Below the pieces are notes generated by a model, which was not told the DNA's origin, did no database searches, and saw nothing but the letters and a program-made list of their open reading frames with translations. DNA of 64,000 nt from Octopus sinensis (lineage: Eukaryota), in assembly GCF_006345805.1 (NCBI RefSeq), contig NC_042999.1:78120001-78184000 (forward strand), in the 5' to 3' direction. The position numbers and the translations under genes were made by a program. This document shows positions 13,611-28,339 of the stretch, one piece after another (the first letter of the stretch is position 1; each line of letters begins with the position of its first letter).

Positions 13611-15635
13611 ATGGATGTATCTGAAGACCAGTGTGAAGTTATTTTTCTAAAAATGAAGTGATGTTCTTGATTAACCAACTCAGCAAACCTAGTTTCACTA
13701 TCTTGCAACTATCATTGTAACCTTTCATTGAAATTCTGCAAGAACCTATTGTTTCTTAGATTATACCAAAAATATAGATACACCTGCAAACATGACTAGC
13801 TTCTGATTGATAAATCTTAAATCTAGCATAATGGTATTAAAAAGTCATTTCAGTTAACATTCCTAGTTCAATTACCTATTCTTGATAGCTACATGAACTG
13901 AAGCATTAGAATTAAATGAACTGTCCCAAAACACAAAATGGTTAACAGTAGATTTGAACACAAGAAGTATGACTGGGTAGTTGCAATACTATATCCCTTC
14001 TACCAAATTACCTTCTCAAATGTGCAAATACAATCCGTTAATTGCATCATTCTTTCACAATCTAAGCACTACTATTTTCTGACAGTTGCAGCTGGTTGAG
14101 TTACCAGGATGTTAGCCAACAAACCGAAGAGTTGATAGTTTGTCTTCCATTACTGACGCTTTGCAGCTGGTAAAGACATTTAACTCTGAATCATTCAGTC
14201 CACCTAGCTGTAAACAGACACCATGTTCACTGCTGAAAACAAGCCAGTTTATGTAGCTCACTTTATAAATGCATTAGTTGAACAAAAAATCCATATCCCT
14301 GAGTTTCATTGTAGTATAATTCAACTAAACATTACCATAGCCAATTCAACAATATATATATATATAAAAATTTTTAAATATTTGTTTTATTAAAAAATAT
14401 ATAACAAATGAACACTTACTTGTGAAATTCCAAACTTTATACTAAATCTTTTTTCCTTCTTTCACTAATTGGATAGATTTTTCTATACTGATGTATGTGA
14501 ATGCAATCGATTTTATGGCTGAATGTTGTTCTTTGTACGAAGCATTCAACTGTGAAGTAGGCTATTAAACTATCTTTGGTGGGTCATAATGGCCTACATT
14601 AAACTTCCCAAAATTCAAAAGAATCTAAAAACATAATATGCAGTTTGTGGAGGAATATTCAGTGCAGTTTAGCAAAAACTGAAGGGGAAAGGGCTGTTGT
14701 TCAGTTAGTAATAATGACCAGGTGGTGTGTGAGAAAGTGATAGGAAGTATCTAATTCAGCCCATCTCGAAACGTATTGACTATAACAAAAATGATAGTAA
14801 AGTCTGGCATAACAAATCAGTTTCTGAGAAAACAAAAAAAAATGGTAATAAAAAAAAATTCAGTCAAAAAGATAAGAAAAATATCAGTTTTAATAATTCA
14901 AGTTAATAACATTCCACATGGAAAAGTCTCAACAAGAATAATGGTAATGGACAATCATAGAAATATATTATCACATCCTTTTGTTAGATATCAATGAAAC
15001 TCTTTCCATATGTGAACTGTCTCCACATATTTGTTTCCATGATTATATCTAAAATATTATACAAATAGTTTTGTCTCTTATTCCAAGAATATCATTGGGA
15101 AGAAATTCCTGTATATTTCAAACAAAATATATCTTTATTTTATATGTAAGCACATCACTGAAATTTAAGAAAATGAAAACTTGTCTAATAACCTAAGTTT
15201 TCAAAATATGATTACAATAAATGAACAAGAAGTAAAATAGATTTACAGTTAAGAAGAAAACTGATTTTAAAAAACGGAAAATTCATTCAATCTCATTTTG
15301 AAAAAATAAATTAATTTAATCTAACTGATACTTCATTAATAATATGATTAAAGAAACTGATATCAAATTTGTTTTTTTAAAGCTAGCTAGATTGAAGAAC
15401 ACAGAACATTTAGCTGTTAATAATACACATTTCCCAAGAGTAAATAGTTACAAATTTGCAGAGTTGATAGTTCGCTAAATTGGTCCAATATGTACCTGGC
15501 ACTATCACCATGAGTTGCTCACTAGAAGCAGTAACAATGCTATGAAAGTGATGTGCTGAGAATGGTATTAGTGATAGGTATTGTGACTTGAAGCTGTACC
15601 CTTCATCAGAACAAAGAACTTCAAGGAGACAGAGT

Positions 15636-16390
15636 TCATCATCATCATTTAACGTCTGTTGTCCATGCTGGCACGCTGGAAGGCTGCACCAGATTCTAAT
15701 CTGATTTGACATGGTTTTCTACAGCTGGATGTCCTTCCTAATACCAGCCACTCCAAGAGTGTAATGGGTGCTTTTATGTGCCACCAGCACAGGTGCCATT
15801 TACATGACACCGGGGTGCTTTTATAAGCCACTGGCACGGGTGCCAATTTGCGTGACACTGGTATCTGCCATGACTGCGATTTTGCTCAGCTTGATGGATC
15901 TTCTCAGGCACAACATAATGCCAAAGGTCTTGATCGTTGCCTCTTTGAAGCCCAACACTCGAAAGGAACTCAGTCACTTTGCTTCTGTCAGGCTCAAAGT
16001 TCGAAGATCATGCTTCACCACCTCATTCTATGTCTTCCTGAGTCTACCTCTACTACAGGTTCCCAGCACAGTTAGAGATAGGTACTTCTTTACACAGCTG
16101 TCCTCGTCCATACGTATCACATGACCATAGCTGTTGTCTTTCTTGCACACCACATCTGATGCCTCTTTTCTTCTTATGCCTAACTTTTCTCTCAAGATGC
16201 TTACACTGTCAAACATGCACACTGACATTGCACATCCAGCAAAGCATACTGGCTTCATTTCTTTCAAGCCTATGCATGTCTTCAGCTGTCACAGCCTATG
16301 TTTCACTGCCATGCAGCATAGCTGTTCACACATAGGCATCAAACGATTTGCCTTCCACTCAGAGAGAGAGGCCCTGAGAAAGTTGACTTA
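15636..16390 (-). mobile_element. 5'-truncated RTE LINE (ORF2 C-terminus, 3'UTR, (GAT)n tail)
   Basis: Minus strand reads ...LREKLGIR...YGHVIRMDEDSCVKK...GTCSRGRLRKT, homologous to 48050-48500. (CAT)n at about 15637-15648 on the plus strand. Confidence 0.85.
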
Positions 16391-17197
16391 AATAAAAAAT
16401 GTAATGCCCTATGGAAGCAAAATGGAGAATTAGAACAAAGATTCTATAGCTGTCAGGAAGAATAATTTGAGCATGATACTTTGGATATTTGAGAATGGAT
16501 ATTTGAGAATAGATATTTGGGAAACTGCTATGGTATGGTCAGTATAATACTGCTTAGACACAAGTCTGGGCTTCATCCACTTCAGGCAGGCTGCCTGGAT
16601 GAGAGTGTATGTTATAAGATCTGAAACACCCATTGACCCCAAGAGACAGCACTGTGTTGCATCTATAAATGCATGCTAAACCATGTAAGAAGGCACAAGT
16701 AGCCAGGTAGCAATATACTGAAAATGATGAAACATGCAAAGTGAAATAAAATTAAGTTAATAGTGACCTGACTTGACTGAATCACAGAATGCTGAACCCC
16801 ATGGGTGAGATGATACACAATCAAGTCAAATGGAAAGAATGATGCAATGCAAATTCATTCATCCATGTCAGAAAAAAATAAATGAGAATAGAAAATTACA
16901 TGAAGATAAGCATGCTATTGTTGTTACTACACAAATCTAAATCCAGACAAAATAATTTACAAAAAATACTTGCATACCAATCTCTAGGGGTTTTTGAGTG
17001 CTAAAATTTCAGTTATTAACTGAATAGATAGATACATTTTCAACCATTTTATAAGACCAGACAGATAAAAACTTGGCAATAAAATGAAATTAATCCACTA
17101 CTTCAGTGTTCCTTTTTTTCTTTTATTGTTCTAGGCATTGTATTGTGACCTTGCTGGGGCACTGAAGATAATTTCAACATTTTTAAATTAGTGTATT

Positions 17198-17199
<2 letters not shown>

Positions 17200-17279
<80 letters not shown>
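17200..17279. repeat. (TG)~40 microsatellite
   Basis: Directly visible, with one interruption. Confidence 0.98.
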
Positions 17280-17281
<2 letters not shown>

Positions 17282-20200
17282 ACAGACAAGAAAATATCCA
17301 AGTTACTTACGAAAGAGATCTATTGTGATTTCTCAAATTAATGCTGTAAAACTTACATACTGACATTCCTATCATCAGTTTAGCAACTATTTTTGTTTTA
17401 TCCATGGGGAAGTCAACGATATATTTCTACCATTGCTAAATTGTATTACAGAATATATCTTTAGATTTTAGCCAACTCTGTAGTAATAGACACATAAAAA
17501 TGTTATCTTTATATTTACATGGACATAAAAAGAAGCTGTTTGTTTTTCATATACTCCATAACATTAAAACAAAGTGCATCAGTAATTTGTTAATCAAACC
17601 AGCTGTCGAGTGCAAACCAGTCTGATTTACTTAAGTTTCGAGTCATTCTTTTTAACAAATAGTGTCTCTATATAAGGAAGGAACTTAGTTGTTAATGAAA
17701 TCCCAACACAGGCTTGAAACTAAGCTGGCTGATTACCCGTTTTGTGTCCATGAAGACACTGTACATAGATAAGGTGTTTACATCAGTCTATTTCATGAAG
17801 AGTATATTTACCGATTTTTAGCAAACTATATTGCTACAGTCTAGCACTGAAATAAAACAATGCACCAGTAACTTATTTCTATTATTGTCACAATTTTGTG
17901 TCATTTTATTTGTGAAGATCAGTTCCTTGCCTTTCAGCCACTAGCAAATCACTCAGTATATATCCTCCATTTGCATTTATATATCAAAAACATCTTGCTC
18001 TCAGAATATGTATTAATAATGACTAGTTGTATGAAGAAGTACATATGAGTTGATGGAGACTGGTAGAAGAGGTTGATGAAAGAATGTTTGGCATGAAATA
18101 GAACGGAATTGAGAAAGCTAAATACTAACATGAAACAGAGTCAACTAAATATGTGTTGTATAAACAGGTCTACCATATTCCCAGCCAGCATGGCAAAACA
18201 AAAGCTGAAAAGAAGATTACATTTAGCCCCAGGTCCACTGATTAAGCAAAGCTATGATCAAGAGCAAGTTCTGGCCATCTCTTTATCTCAAAATATCTAG
18301 GACTACATTATCCCATGTGTCCTATTTTTTAGAGGACATGATGTGGTCCAAAGGAGATGTGACTGCTATTTCCAGCAGATCAAACAACACATTGGTACTC
18401 TCAATGGCTCAATAAAGATGATAATGGCAGTGGTGACCATAATTATCATAACATTAGAAAGATTAACCTCTTTCTATATACATTGTAGATACACTGAGTA
18501 TCAATGTGTGACTACTGATATTGACGCACAGACTTAATAGCCTATCAGCTCTATTGCACATTTCAGCAACAGACCAGTTCACTAAATTAAACCACCATGA
18601 CTATCATCAGTAAGCGCCACATCTAACAGAAGAAGTATGAGCAGCTAATGTATTTTGATATTCTTAGTTCGGTCAATACAACAGCATGACAACTAGCAAG
18701 ATATTACCAGCCTTGCTCACTTATGTGTGTCAGATGGTGGGCTGTACACCTCATTTCCTTTTTCATATTGATTCCTCAACAAGCTTCTCATTATATTCCT
18801 CCTTGACATATGAATACTACAGAGTTCTACTCAGAATTGACTTGTTGCAAATCAATGCTTAGTTATAAATGTTTGGCCAAGGAACCACAGCATTTATTAA
18901 TTTGCTGACTTTCATATCAATTCTGTTAGAAATAGTTCTCATCCAGACAAAACTAATTTAAAATTGAATGATATCAAAAATATTAATTATAAAAATACAC
19001 ATGTACAAAATATAGCTTGAAACTTAGAATAAAAAAACTTAATATTTTAATTTTATTAGAATCAAAAAAGAATTTCTATTAACTCAAGGCCATAGATATG
19101 TAATGGAGAAATACAACTGAATCATACAATATATTCATAGTAGTTATTTTAGTGACTCAGGTGGTAGATAAAGCAAAGTCAACTTGGGATGAATTGAACT
19201 CTGTCATAGACCCTGTGCTCTTCCATTTCTGCTATTCCACCATCCAACAATGATTTCTAAATTAAGTATATGGTTGTTTTTATTTTAGTTAATTTTATCT
19301 ATTTTATTATTTGTGATAATGGATCAAGTTGATTATACTGACAGACACAAACAATCATTTTCATTCTCTTAAAACTTAAACTTTATTAAAAACCTTATAA
19401 TTGTAACAAATCCCTGATTTGGCTTCACAATCGCTGATGATTTTGACAATCCTATGTATTTATAGTAAACACTGCATCCCCGAAACTAGCCTTTTTTTTT
19501 TTTTTTTTTTATAGAATCAGAAAATACTTCAGCTATTGGCTGTACTAACCTAAAGTATAGCAATAAAATACTGCCCCTACATCTGGAACAGTTGCTGTTA
19601 TAAGATCACATACAAAAGAAAGCTGTCCATCTAACTACCAAAGTCACATTCAACAACATTAAAACCTCTGTCCCACAAATGTGTTGGTGTCTCCTCACTA
19701 CACATTCATTTGTGGCATGGTACTTGAAATATGTTGCATTGATTTGGGTGTCTAGTCATGTTTTCTTTGATTAAAGACTATCTGAATCTGTAGAGGAGAC
19801 AAATAAGAGGATTTGTATATAATAACTTCAATCTGCATCATATATATTTTTGGCCAAGTGAAACAATTGTTTTATGCAAGCAAATACTTGTGCAAATGTG
19901 TTTGTGTTGTTGCATGAGAGCGTGAGCTTTCTCTATGCCTGGATCAGAGTTATAACAGAAGTGAGGAACCTACAACCTTCTGTAAAGTGAGAGGGAAAAT
20001 AAATATATTAGAACACATTTTGTTGATTAAAGTCTATCACCATTATTATTATGGTTTAACATCCACTTTTTCATGTTTGCATAGATCAAATAGAATTTGT
20101 TGAGGCACAGTTTCCAGCCACCACTCTCACCTGTTTTGAAGCAAGTTACTATTTCCCCATAACTAAACATGTTTTGCATGGAAGACTGGAAACAAATAGT

Positions 20201-20294
20201 GTCACTTGTATGAAGGTGATGCTCATTTAAAAATCATCACATGACATTAAGACAAACACACAAATTCCACACACACACACACACACACGTGTGC

Positions 20295-20455
20295 ACGACA
20301 GGCTTCTTTCAAGTTCTTTTTACCAAATTCACTCATAAGGCTTTAGTCAGCCTGAGTCTATAGCAGAAAACATTTGCCCATAGTGTCATACAGTGGAACT
20401 GAACCCAAGACCACACAGTTGGGAAGCAAGCTTCTTAATCACACAGCCAGGCCTG
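20295..20455 (-). repeat. tRNA-derived SINE
   Basis: Reverse complement of the family consensus GGCTGTGTG.TTAAGAAGCTTGCTTCCCAAC...GGTTCAGTTCCACTG, with A-box-like and B-box-like motifs. Confidence 0.8.
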
Positions 20456-23400
20456 CAAATATCTTTTTAATAAATTGTAAGTTTTAAAAACATCTATTTA
20501 TATACTTATATTTAATGTTAAATGTAGCCACACACACACACAGAGTTTTATCACCATGTGACACTCCACAGAGATGAACATGGATACATGTTTAAGCATG
20601 CTTTACCATAACAAAGAAGTTGTGTTTAAAAATTTAGGATATCAGTTAAAATTTGTTTCCTTGATTGTATTAATTTAAACCAAGCTGTATTCCCATTTGT
20701 ATGTTTGCTTGCATCTATTTATATATTTTCTCATATGTCTGAAAATGATAAGGAACTTCTGGAACAGGATTTTTAATAATGACTGAGCTTTTTGATATTA
20801 CCTGACCTCTTTTTAAGAACAAAAGGGTTTGGTAGTATAAAATATTTTAAACATGGCTTTCCACTATAAAACAATTCCTTTGGGTTAAAAACATTTCGAG
20901 ATATTGTGGAGTGTAACTGAAATGTCTATTTAGTCATGAGGGTTATGTTGCATACTCTGCAATTGCTATATGGATTAATGCACATTACAGCAACAGGATG
21001 AGCACATCACATTTAATTAGTCTTGTAGTTTTAATACAGTAATAAACAGCACTAATTAATACACATCACAGCCATGAGAACTGTGTCTTTACAAACTTAA
21101 ACTGTCTTTTAGTTTTAATTGGGTTTGGTTTGAAAAAACTTTCCTGGGATCTTCACACACACATACGAGTAATGGGCCTGTAAAATATTGTTTGAGAGGA
21201 ATTCTTTTTAAGAGTTGTCTTTTTATAGTTTTTAGAATCAGTATTTTTGAAAATATCTGACAGGTATAATTAATAATATTTGAATGGTCCAATTCTCTGA
21301 AGTTTTAGATATTTTAGATCTAAATAGGATATATTGTTATAACACATGAATTCTTATTCACACAACATTTCAAAAGTCACTAGATGGAGTAATGAGCTAG
21401 ATTATAAAGAAGATGTGAATGTCAGTACAGTCAGACCAATCTATTGATTTGGGTTATTCTGGATAACTTAGAGTTTTGTTTGAATAGGCTCACTTGCTCT
21501 AGCAAGGTTCTTCAAGAGTTTGTTTAATCATCTGTGGTTCAATAAATGCCAACTGAAAGGAGTAATGTGGAAATTGGGTTAAATTCCAGAAGGCAACCAC
21601 CTGAAATAGCTAATATATATTTATTATGGGAGACCTTTATGCAACCTGAATAACCTGTCTAATCCATAAAAGCAGAGAACAACAGTAAGAGTATGTTGAT
21701 AACAATAAATACAAATACAAATGAAGGACCAATATATTATCTTATATAGGATTATTCTCAAACAATAATGTTTTCTATTTATTTTCAAAATATTGACTAT
21801 TAACTTTTAAGAGAAAAACAGGCTTTGTTTTTGTAAAGGATAGGTTACACAGTTAATAACCCAGCTTCGGCATATTATTGATATTTGTTCTATTGACAAT
21901 CCTGAGAGCTTTTTTAATTAACAAAAATAGATAATCTGAAAAGTACTAAAACTTGGAAGACTGAAAGACTAATTATAAAGAAATAGTTTTAACATTACTA
22001 TGTAGATCTTCCTTAGTCCAATATGAAGAGGACTAAGTAAAATGATTTGTTTACATACAAAATATAATTCACAAAATTAAATATGTGGAAGAGGAGATAT
22101 AACACTAATCAATACCTACTCCAAAATATGTAATGATAAACATTTTCTCCTGAAAATGTAATGACCAAAAGAAAAAAAATTTCTATAACATAAACAGCAA
22201 GGAGACAAGTGATACCAGATAGTGGCAAAAGCTGCAATATGATTTAGATTTAGTTGACTTATACTTACCAATAGATAATAACTAAATTCAAATGGAAATG
22301 CCATAGATGATAGATAAATGAGTCTCTCTATAACCAACTTTAGATCCATTACAAACAGTTTATCTACCCTCCTTCTCTAAGCATTAAGCTGTCACAAAAA
22401 AGTACCCATAAATTGTTGATTAACCAAAAGAAACGATATTTTTGTATGCAAAAGAACTTTCTCAGGACTATTACAGCCTCAGTTAAATAAAGGCCTATCA
22501 CTTTAATCCAGAGATAAAAATACAGAAACAGGAAGGATATGATTTAAATTATCTAAAAGATCCACCGCTTTCCAACTAAATTCTTCCTTGGATTATAAAC
22601 CTACTGGAAGTAAAATTGCATACATTTTTTAAAAATTAGACTAAAAAGTTTTAAGTTCCAAAAATAAATATTTCTATCATCTAAATTTATAAAAGGAGAA
22701 AATCATCATCGCTTAACATCCATCTTCCATGCATGCATGTGTAGGATGGCTGACAGGAGCTAGTCAGGTAGAAAAAAACTACACTAGGCTACTGTGTCTA
22801 TATCTTTATATAATCCATGGCATAAGTTTTTTTGTTTTCATTCAAGAGATCAGGAGGTAGAATCAATTCCAAGATTAATTCAGATTTGTAATGTATTTTA
22901 TTGCCATATCATAAAGGACTTGATTTTCTATGGCTCCCATCAACCTTATTATTACTCAACTACAATAGAAATAAGCATTTCCACGTATAGATACACTTAT
23001 TATCATACAGAAATAATAATCGAAATGTTTTAATTAAGAAGGGGAAATATGCATATACATTCTAGAAAAATATTGAAATAACATTTACTTTTTCATTAAT
23101 GTTGATTAAAAAGCTGACAAAATAAAGTTATGCTACAAACTGCTCTATATGAACTTTTGAGATCAACATGAAGACAATTACAGGTTACCTCAGATCTGCC
23201 ATTACATCTAAAGTATGTGTGTGTGTGTGTGCGTGAGTTGCACACATACATGCATGTGTGTGTGTGCACGAGCGCATACACACATGCATGTGTGTGTGTA
23301 AATCTGATTTGAAAAATTACAAAAGTGTTAATAACACATAAGATACTTGACATTTGATCAATAAAAAATTATCCAAATTTCTAATTTCTCATATTGTTAT

Positions 23401-23573
23401 CTACTCAAGATTTTTAAATCTATAGCGATTGCAATTCGAGAAAACATGTTGAACTTGAAAAGACCTTTAATACTCTAATTTTAAAGTTTTTTCAGTATTT
23501 ACAAATTCAGGGAATTAGAAGTAACTAAGTCAAAATTCTTTACCTGGCACATAAGTAAACACTTAACCAATTA

Positions 23574-24998
23574 CTGTAAAAACCCATGTAATTTGTGTAA
23601 TTTACTCAGGTGATTTTCAGGATAAAAATTGTTAAAAAAAAGCTTCTACTCATGTAAAATTCGCCCCTTAAAGTTTTCAGAATTGCTGATATGGCCAGGG
23701 GAAAAAGGTTTTCAGTTTAGTTGTATTTAGCATAATTTCACTTACTTATGATTAGATTTTATTAAATTTTCATTAAATAAAAATAATTTCAGTTTAACAG
23801 GTATCACATTGAAAGCTATTAAATTATGAAGTCTTTGTATTGTTTACAATAAACTTTATTTTACATTTCTTGCCCACAAGAGATTATGTCCGACCTTTAG
23901 CATACTTCTGTATGTCTTCTCTCAAATCACAATCATAGGAAATTCTTAACAAAAACAAAGTTGATAAATATGCACAGGTGTTGCAAAATAAGTTTAATTA
24001 CCAATAAACATCAGAATTCTAATTGGTTGAAAGTGTCTTCTTGTCTCAAGCTTTCATTTTCTGCCTATTCTTGTTCGAATCTTTGATACAGAGTATTGAA
24101 ATTTTAATCCCTTTCACACTTATAAAATGTTAGGCAAACTTAAAAATTTGTCATTACTGTTTTAGCCAGGAGACCAAACCGATAGTCTGCTAACCCGCTA
24201 AAACAAAAATCAAAAAGAGAAAATTAACAGCTTTGCAAGTTTAACTCGATGTTTACTGAACAAGAGAGGTATGAAATTTAAGAAGTGAGTTGTTAGAATA
24301 TATACATCTGTGAGGAGACATAAACAAGAATAGCAAAAATTTACTATACCAAAAGAACTAGTAATACATACAAGTGTTCTATGAAGAGAACATAAGATTG
24401 CTGCATAATTCAACATGAATGTGAAATGACATTAAACATCATATAAGGTAAATGAAGGTTTCTGTAGGAATGCTAAATCATATTCACTTAATGAGTTTAC
24501 ATGCACAAGGATAACTTATGATGTTGTCATCAGCGTTTGCCAATATCAGCTGTGATGAATTTCACTGTCCTAACGCAGAGAAAGTGAGCAAAAGCTTCTG
24601 GAGGCAAATGCAAATTAGTCTTCTTAAGCAGAGAAAAACTGATCTATTTAAGGAAGCAATGTAAAATATGGCCCGGACTGTGATTACCAGCATGAACATC
24701 AAACTTCAAACAGTAGCCAACCATTTAATGATTTTAGTAAATTTATACAGAAAAAGTAAGCATTATACCATCCAGCATAAATAAAAGTCAACTTCATTAT
24801 ATTTTTTCTGTAAAAACCTATTCTGACATTAAATTATTCAATTTGCGGTATGAATGTTTACATTTCTATTTCATTTTGCAACAAAAAAATTTCTAAAAAA
24901 AATTCTGAAAATGATCTACTCATCTAATTTACACACCCCCCTAAAGTTTATTTTTGTTTTTGCGGAAAAATGTGCGTAAATTACATGAGTTTTTATAG
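23574..24998. mobile_element. Non-autonomous Tc1/mariner-superfamily (pogo/Tc2-like) element, 1425 bp
   Basis: TIRs CTGTAAAAACCCATGTAATTT vs revcomp CTATAAAAACTCATGTAATTT (19/21). TA on both flanks (23572-73, 24999-25000). The subfamily call rests on TIR style only. Confidence 0.7.
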
Positions 24999-25084
24999 TA
25001 CCAAATTAACCTATCAATAAATAAGTAGCATAAAAAAGCATTGAGCAGCAGCACTGTAGAGTTGATATATTTTGTTAATTACTA

Positions 25085-25230
25085 GTGCTAAGCTTTTATC
25101 CCAACTCCATCAACTGCCAGAAAAGGAAGTGTGAATCCAGGTTCAGCCCCTCTGCATAGCACCTTGGGCAAGTGTCTTCTACAATAGCCCAAGTCCAACC
25201 AATACCTTGGTGAGTAAATTTGGCAGACAC
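25085..25230 (+). repeat. tRNA-derived SINE
   Basis: GGTTCAGCCCCTCTGCATAGCACCTTGGGCAAGTGTCTTCTAC family core. Confidence 0.8.
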
Positions 25231-26479
25231 AATTTCTGATGATCTCACATAGTGACTACACATATCTTCAAATCGCCAAAAGTTGTGTCGAAATAAATTA
25301 GATTCTCTTTTTAAGGTCAGTTGGTGGTTCTCTATAAAGCTTTAGTGTGACCCACATAACATACTTATCTGATATAATACAGTTCACACACACATACACA
25401 CAACAAAAGCCATCTGGTTTGACTGGAAAAATTCACTTAACATGCTAACGACTAGCCAACAGACACATTGCAAAGGTCACAGATAACCCCCTCTTCTCCT
25501 CTGACTATATATATCTATATATATATAGATATATATATATATATATGAGAGAGAGAGAAAGATAGATGCATAGCTAGAACAGAATTATTTTTAATTTTTT
25601 ATGACAAGACATCACTGTTTTATACTTTGGAAGCATTTGAAGCAACCTGTCTTGACAAGAAAATTAGCTTGTGTTAGATTTAGACAGAAATAATTCTATC
25701 CAGAGATGAGCAACTAATCTGAGAAAATGCTTATCCCCAAAATTGTTTTCAATTTATTATGAAAAGAACTCTTTCAGATGAATGAAGAGAATTTGTGTTG
25801 AACTAAAAATAACAGAATTGTGAATGAAAGGAATTCACATGTCAAACAAAATATCACATAGATAAAATGGAAATACCATTTTGGATGTAGCTGTTTAAAA
25901 AAAAAACACTTTAATGCTTTTGTTTTACTTTACATATGGATTGGTAGAGAATCCCATTCTGTTGGATGTAGACACACCAGGAGGAAAACTTTCATTATAT
26001 CTAAGACCTGTTAGATTGACAACATCTATTTCTATATAGGTAGACTAGGTCTCTGGTAGTACCTTTGGTCATGAATATAGTTGCTTACTGGTCATAATAT
26101 AAACTGGTGACCTTGCAGCTGGAAATCTTACTGCACTATCAAAACTGCAAGCCATTACATAGAATACAGCTAGTAATATATTAAATTTTTTAAATAGAAT
26201 TTATCCACAGGAAAGAGAGTAGTACACATGACCTTTTGCAGGGCCACCAAAGTGGAAGGAAAAGAGGAAGAAACTATAAGTCATGTGTTATCACTAGGAT
26301 GGGAACTTGGTCCAATGCTTGCAATAGAATAAGTTTCACTAAAAGGCCCTAAAGAACCATGGGGTGCTGTCAAACCAGATAGTGAATTAAATTTACCACC
26401 CAGGAACTGGTATAATCCACCTGACAGTAATTCTGCAGTTTCTACCAAGCCAACAACACTCACAAAGGATTGGGTCCAA

Positions 26480-26585
26480 TCAAAGCTATAGTAGAAGATA
26501 CTGTCCCAAGGCTCTGTGCAGTTGAATAGAACCTGAAACCACACAACCGCAAAGACAACTTGTTAAACCCACAGCCATGTCTGAA
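26480..26585 (-). repeat. Degenerate SINE fragment
   Basis: TATAGTAGAAGATACTGTCCCAAGG...CACAGCCATG matches the reverse complement of the SINE head. Confidence 0.6.
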
Positions 26586-26894
26586 AAAGCATTACTTTGC
26601 TAACATCTAAATATGTGTGTGTGTGCATGCGCGTGTTTGTTTGTTCAAAGGCAATATCGACATTTAAGGACAATACTGACCCTCAAAGAATTATCAAATG
26701 AAAATAAGCAAAGTGATTTCATACTGTTTATTATTATTGCTATAATTATTATATGGTTAGATAATACAAACAAATACTCAGCAAAACGGATACTGAAAAC
26801 TTGTTAAAAGATGGATCTTCAGAAACAATTGGTATAAAAAGATACAGCAGAGAATGAGATAAAATTTTACAATGATGAAAAAGAAACCACTCAC

Positions 26895-27091
26895 CATTCC
26901 TACAATCTCCGAATAGACAGGTTCGGTAAGAATTCCTCGTGTAGCGGTAATATAATCCACAAGTTCATTCAAACATGCTCGTTTGATTTCTTTACTCTTT
27001 AAATCTGACACAGGGTCCATAAAATCAAATACTAAACAACATTGTTGAAGCTTTTTAGTGAACAGTTCCTGCTGTTCTGCGGGTGATGTAT
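26895..27091 (-). CDS. PPP2R5E: Internal coding exon (197 bp, phase 1 to phase 0) of PP2A B56/B' regulatory subunit, epsilon/widerborst-like
   Basis: Acceptor cttttatcttttatAG and donor ATG|GTGAGT. Translation (D)[65 protein letters not shown] matches the B56 core N-terminal helices. Boundaries match the vertebrate exon as I recall it. The paralog label is approximate (alpha/beta/epsilon/wdb group). Confidence 0.95.
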
Positions 27092-27369
27092 CTATAAAAG
27101 ATAAAAGTGAAGATTACTTCAATTATGGAAACTTAAATGAAAGAAAATCTCATCATCATCAATGTTTTAACATTAACTTTTCCATGCTGGTGAGGCATAT
27201 TTTCTATAACCTCACCTGCTTCCAAGTAAGGCAATATTTTCTCATGGTCTGAATTTGTTTTCATGAAATACTGGAAGTGAACACCACTTGTATGACTGTG
27301 GTTCTTATTTACAACCTCCAAGCACCACCAACACAAGGAAACATAAATACATACACCTATTTCCTTTAC

Positions 27370-28290
27370 AAGCATGGGCTGGACAGTTTGACATGATCCA
27401 ATGAGCCACAAGTAAAGCTCCAATGTCAGTTTTGGTATGGTTTCTGTCGCTGGATGCCCTTCCTAATGCCAACCACTTTACAGTATAAACTGGATGTTTT
27501 TCACATGCCACTGGCATTAGTGAGGTTGCCAAGTAACTTGCAGGACAGAAAAATAACAGGGAAAGAGGAAAAACACTCCATAACTAAGTGGAGAGGAGTA
27601 TTTGAGATGGGGAGTTAGTTTAATGCCAGGTGCTGAAAGATTAAAAAGTATGACAGAGGAATAAGTGCCTTGCTATGAGAGATACATGGCTACTCTGGCA
27701 GTAACTTGGAAGAAGATAAAGATGGTCATGATGGGATACCAGAGTAAACTCTCAAGGTACAAGAAGGAGAACATAAGAAAGGATACAGACAGTAGATCAA
27801 GTGGGGGAAGAGGATGGATAGTTTCCTAAAAATGTTAGGGGAGAGTAAAAAAATGGTTAGAGATGAGAGTAGTGAATGATGAACAAAAGGTAGAGGTGCA
27901 GCTGATGGGAAATATCAATGAGGAGAAGATGTACAGTGAGAGATAGAAGTGACTCAGAAAGGAGTAAGTGCAAGGTAGAGGAGTAGTAGAGAGGTACCTA
28001 AGAGTGACTAGTAATAGGTGTTTGATGGCTTATATGAAAGCATTGTGAATGATATGTGAGATGTTAGGATGGAATATGGCAGAGGAGAGAAATAACTGAA
28101 GCCACAGAAAGTTGGTGATTGGTTAAAATAGTGTGGGGAAGGAAAGGGGAATAAGACTAAAGGCTGAGAGGTTCCAGAGGAGGAAGGTAATTGGTAGTGC
28201 AAAGAAAGAGGATGGAGTTTTTGCTCTCAAGTGATTATAGCTGCTGAGTAGTGCTACACACAGATGAGTAGTGGAGGGCTGGGTGTTAGC
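27370..28290 (-). repeat. RTE 3'UTR-derived repeat (tail plus GA-rich block on plus strand)
   Basis: GCTGGATGCCCTTCCTAATGCCAACCACT motif followed by a purine-rich block that is the reverse of the 13070/29500 type. Confidence 0.65.
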
Positions 28291-28339
28291 GGGTTACATG
28301 CATATCTACACACACACATCTATATATACATGCAATCTA

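Noticed and set aside
14430-14560. Minus-strand YISIEKSI resembling a hAT dimerisation-domain end
   Set aside because: Too short and degenerate to call.
20295-20455. tRNA-like A/B boxes in SINE heads
   Set aside because: No cloverleaf or acceptor stem. These are SINE copies, not tRNA genes.
23215-23300. Self-complementary (TG/CA) tract, potential Z-DNA or hairpin
   Set aside because: Explained by low-complexity dinucleotide repeats.
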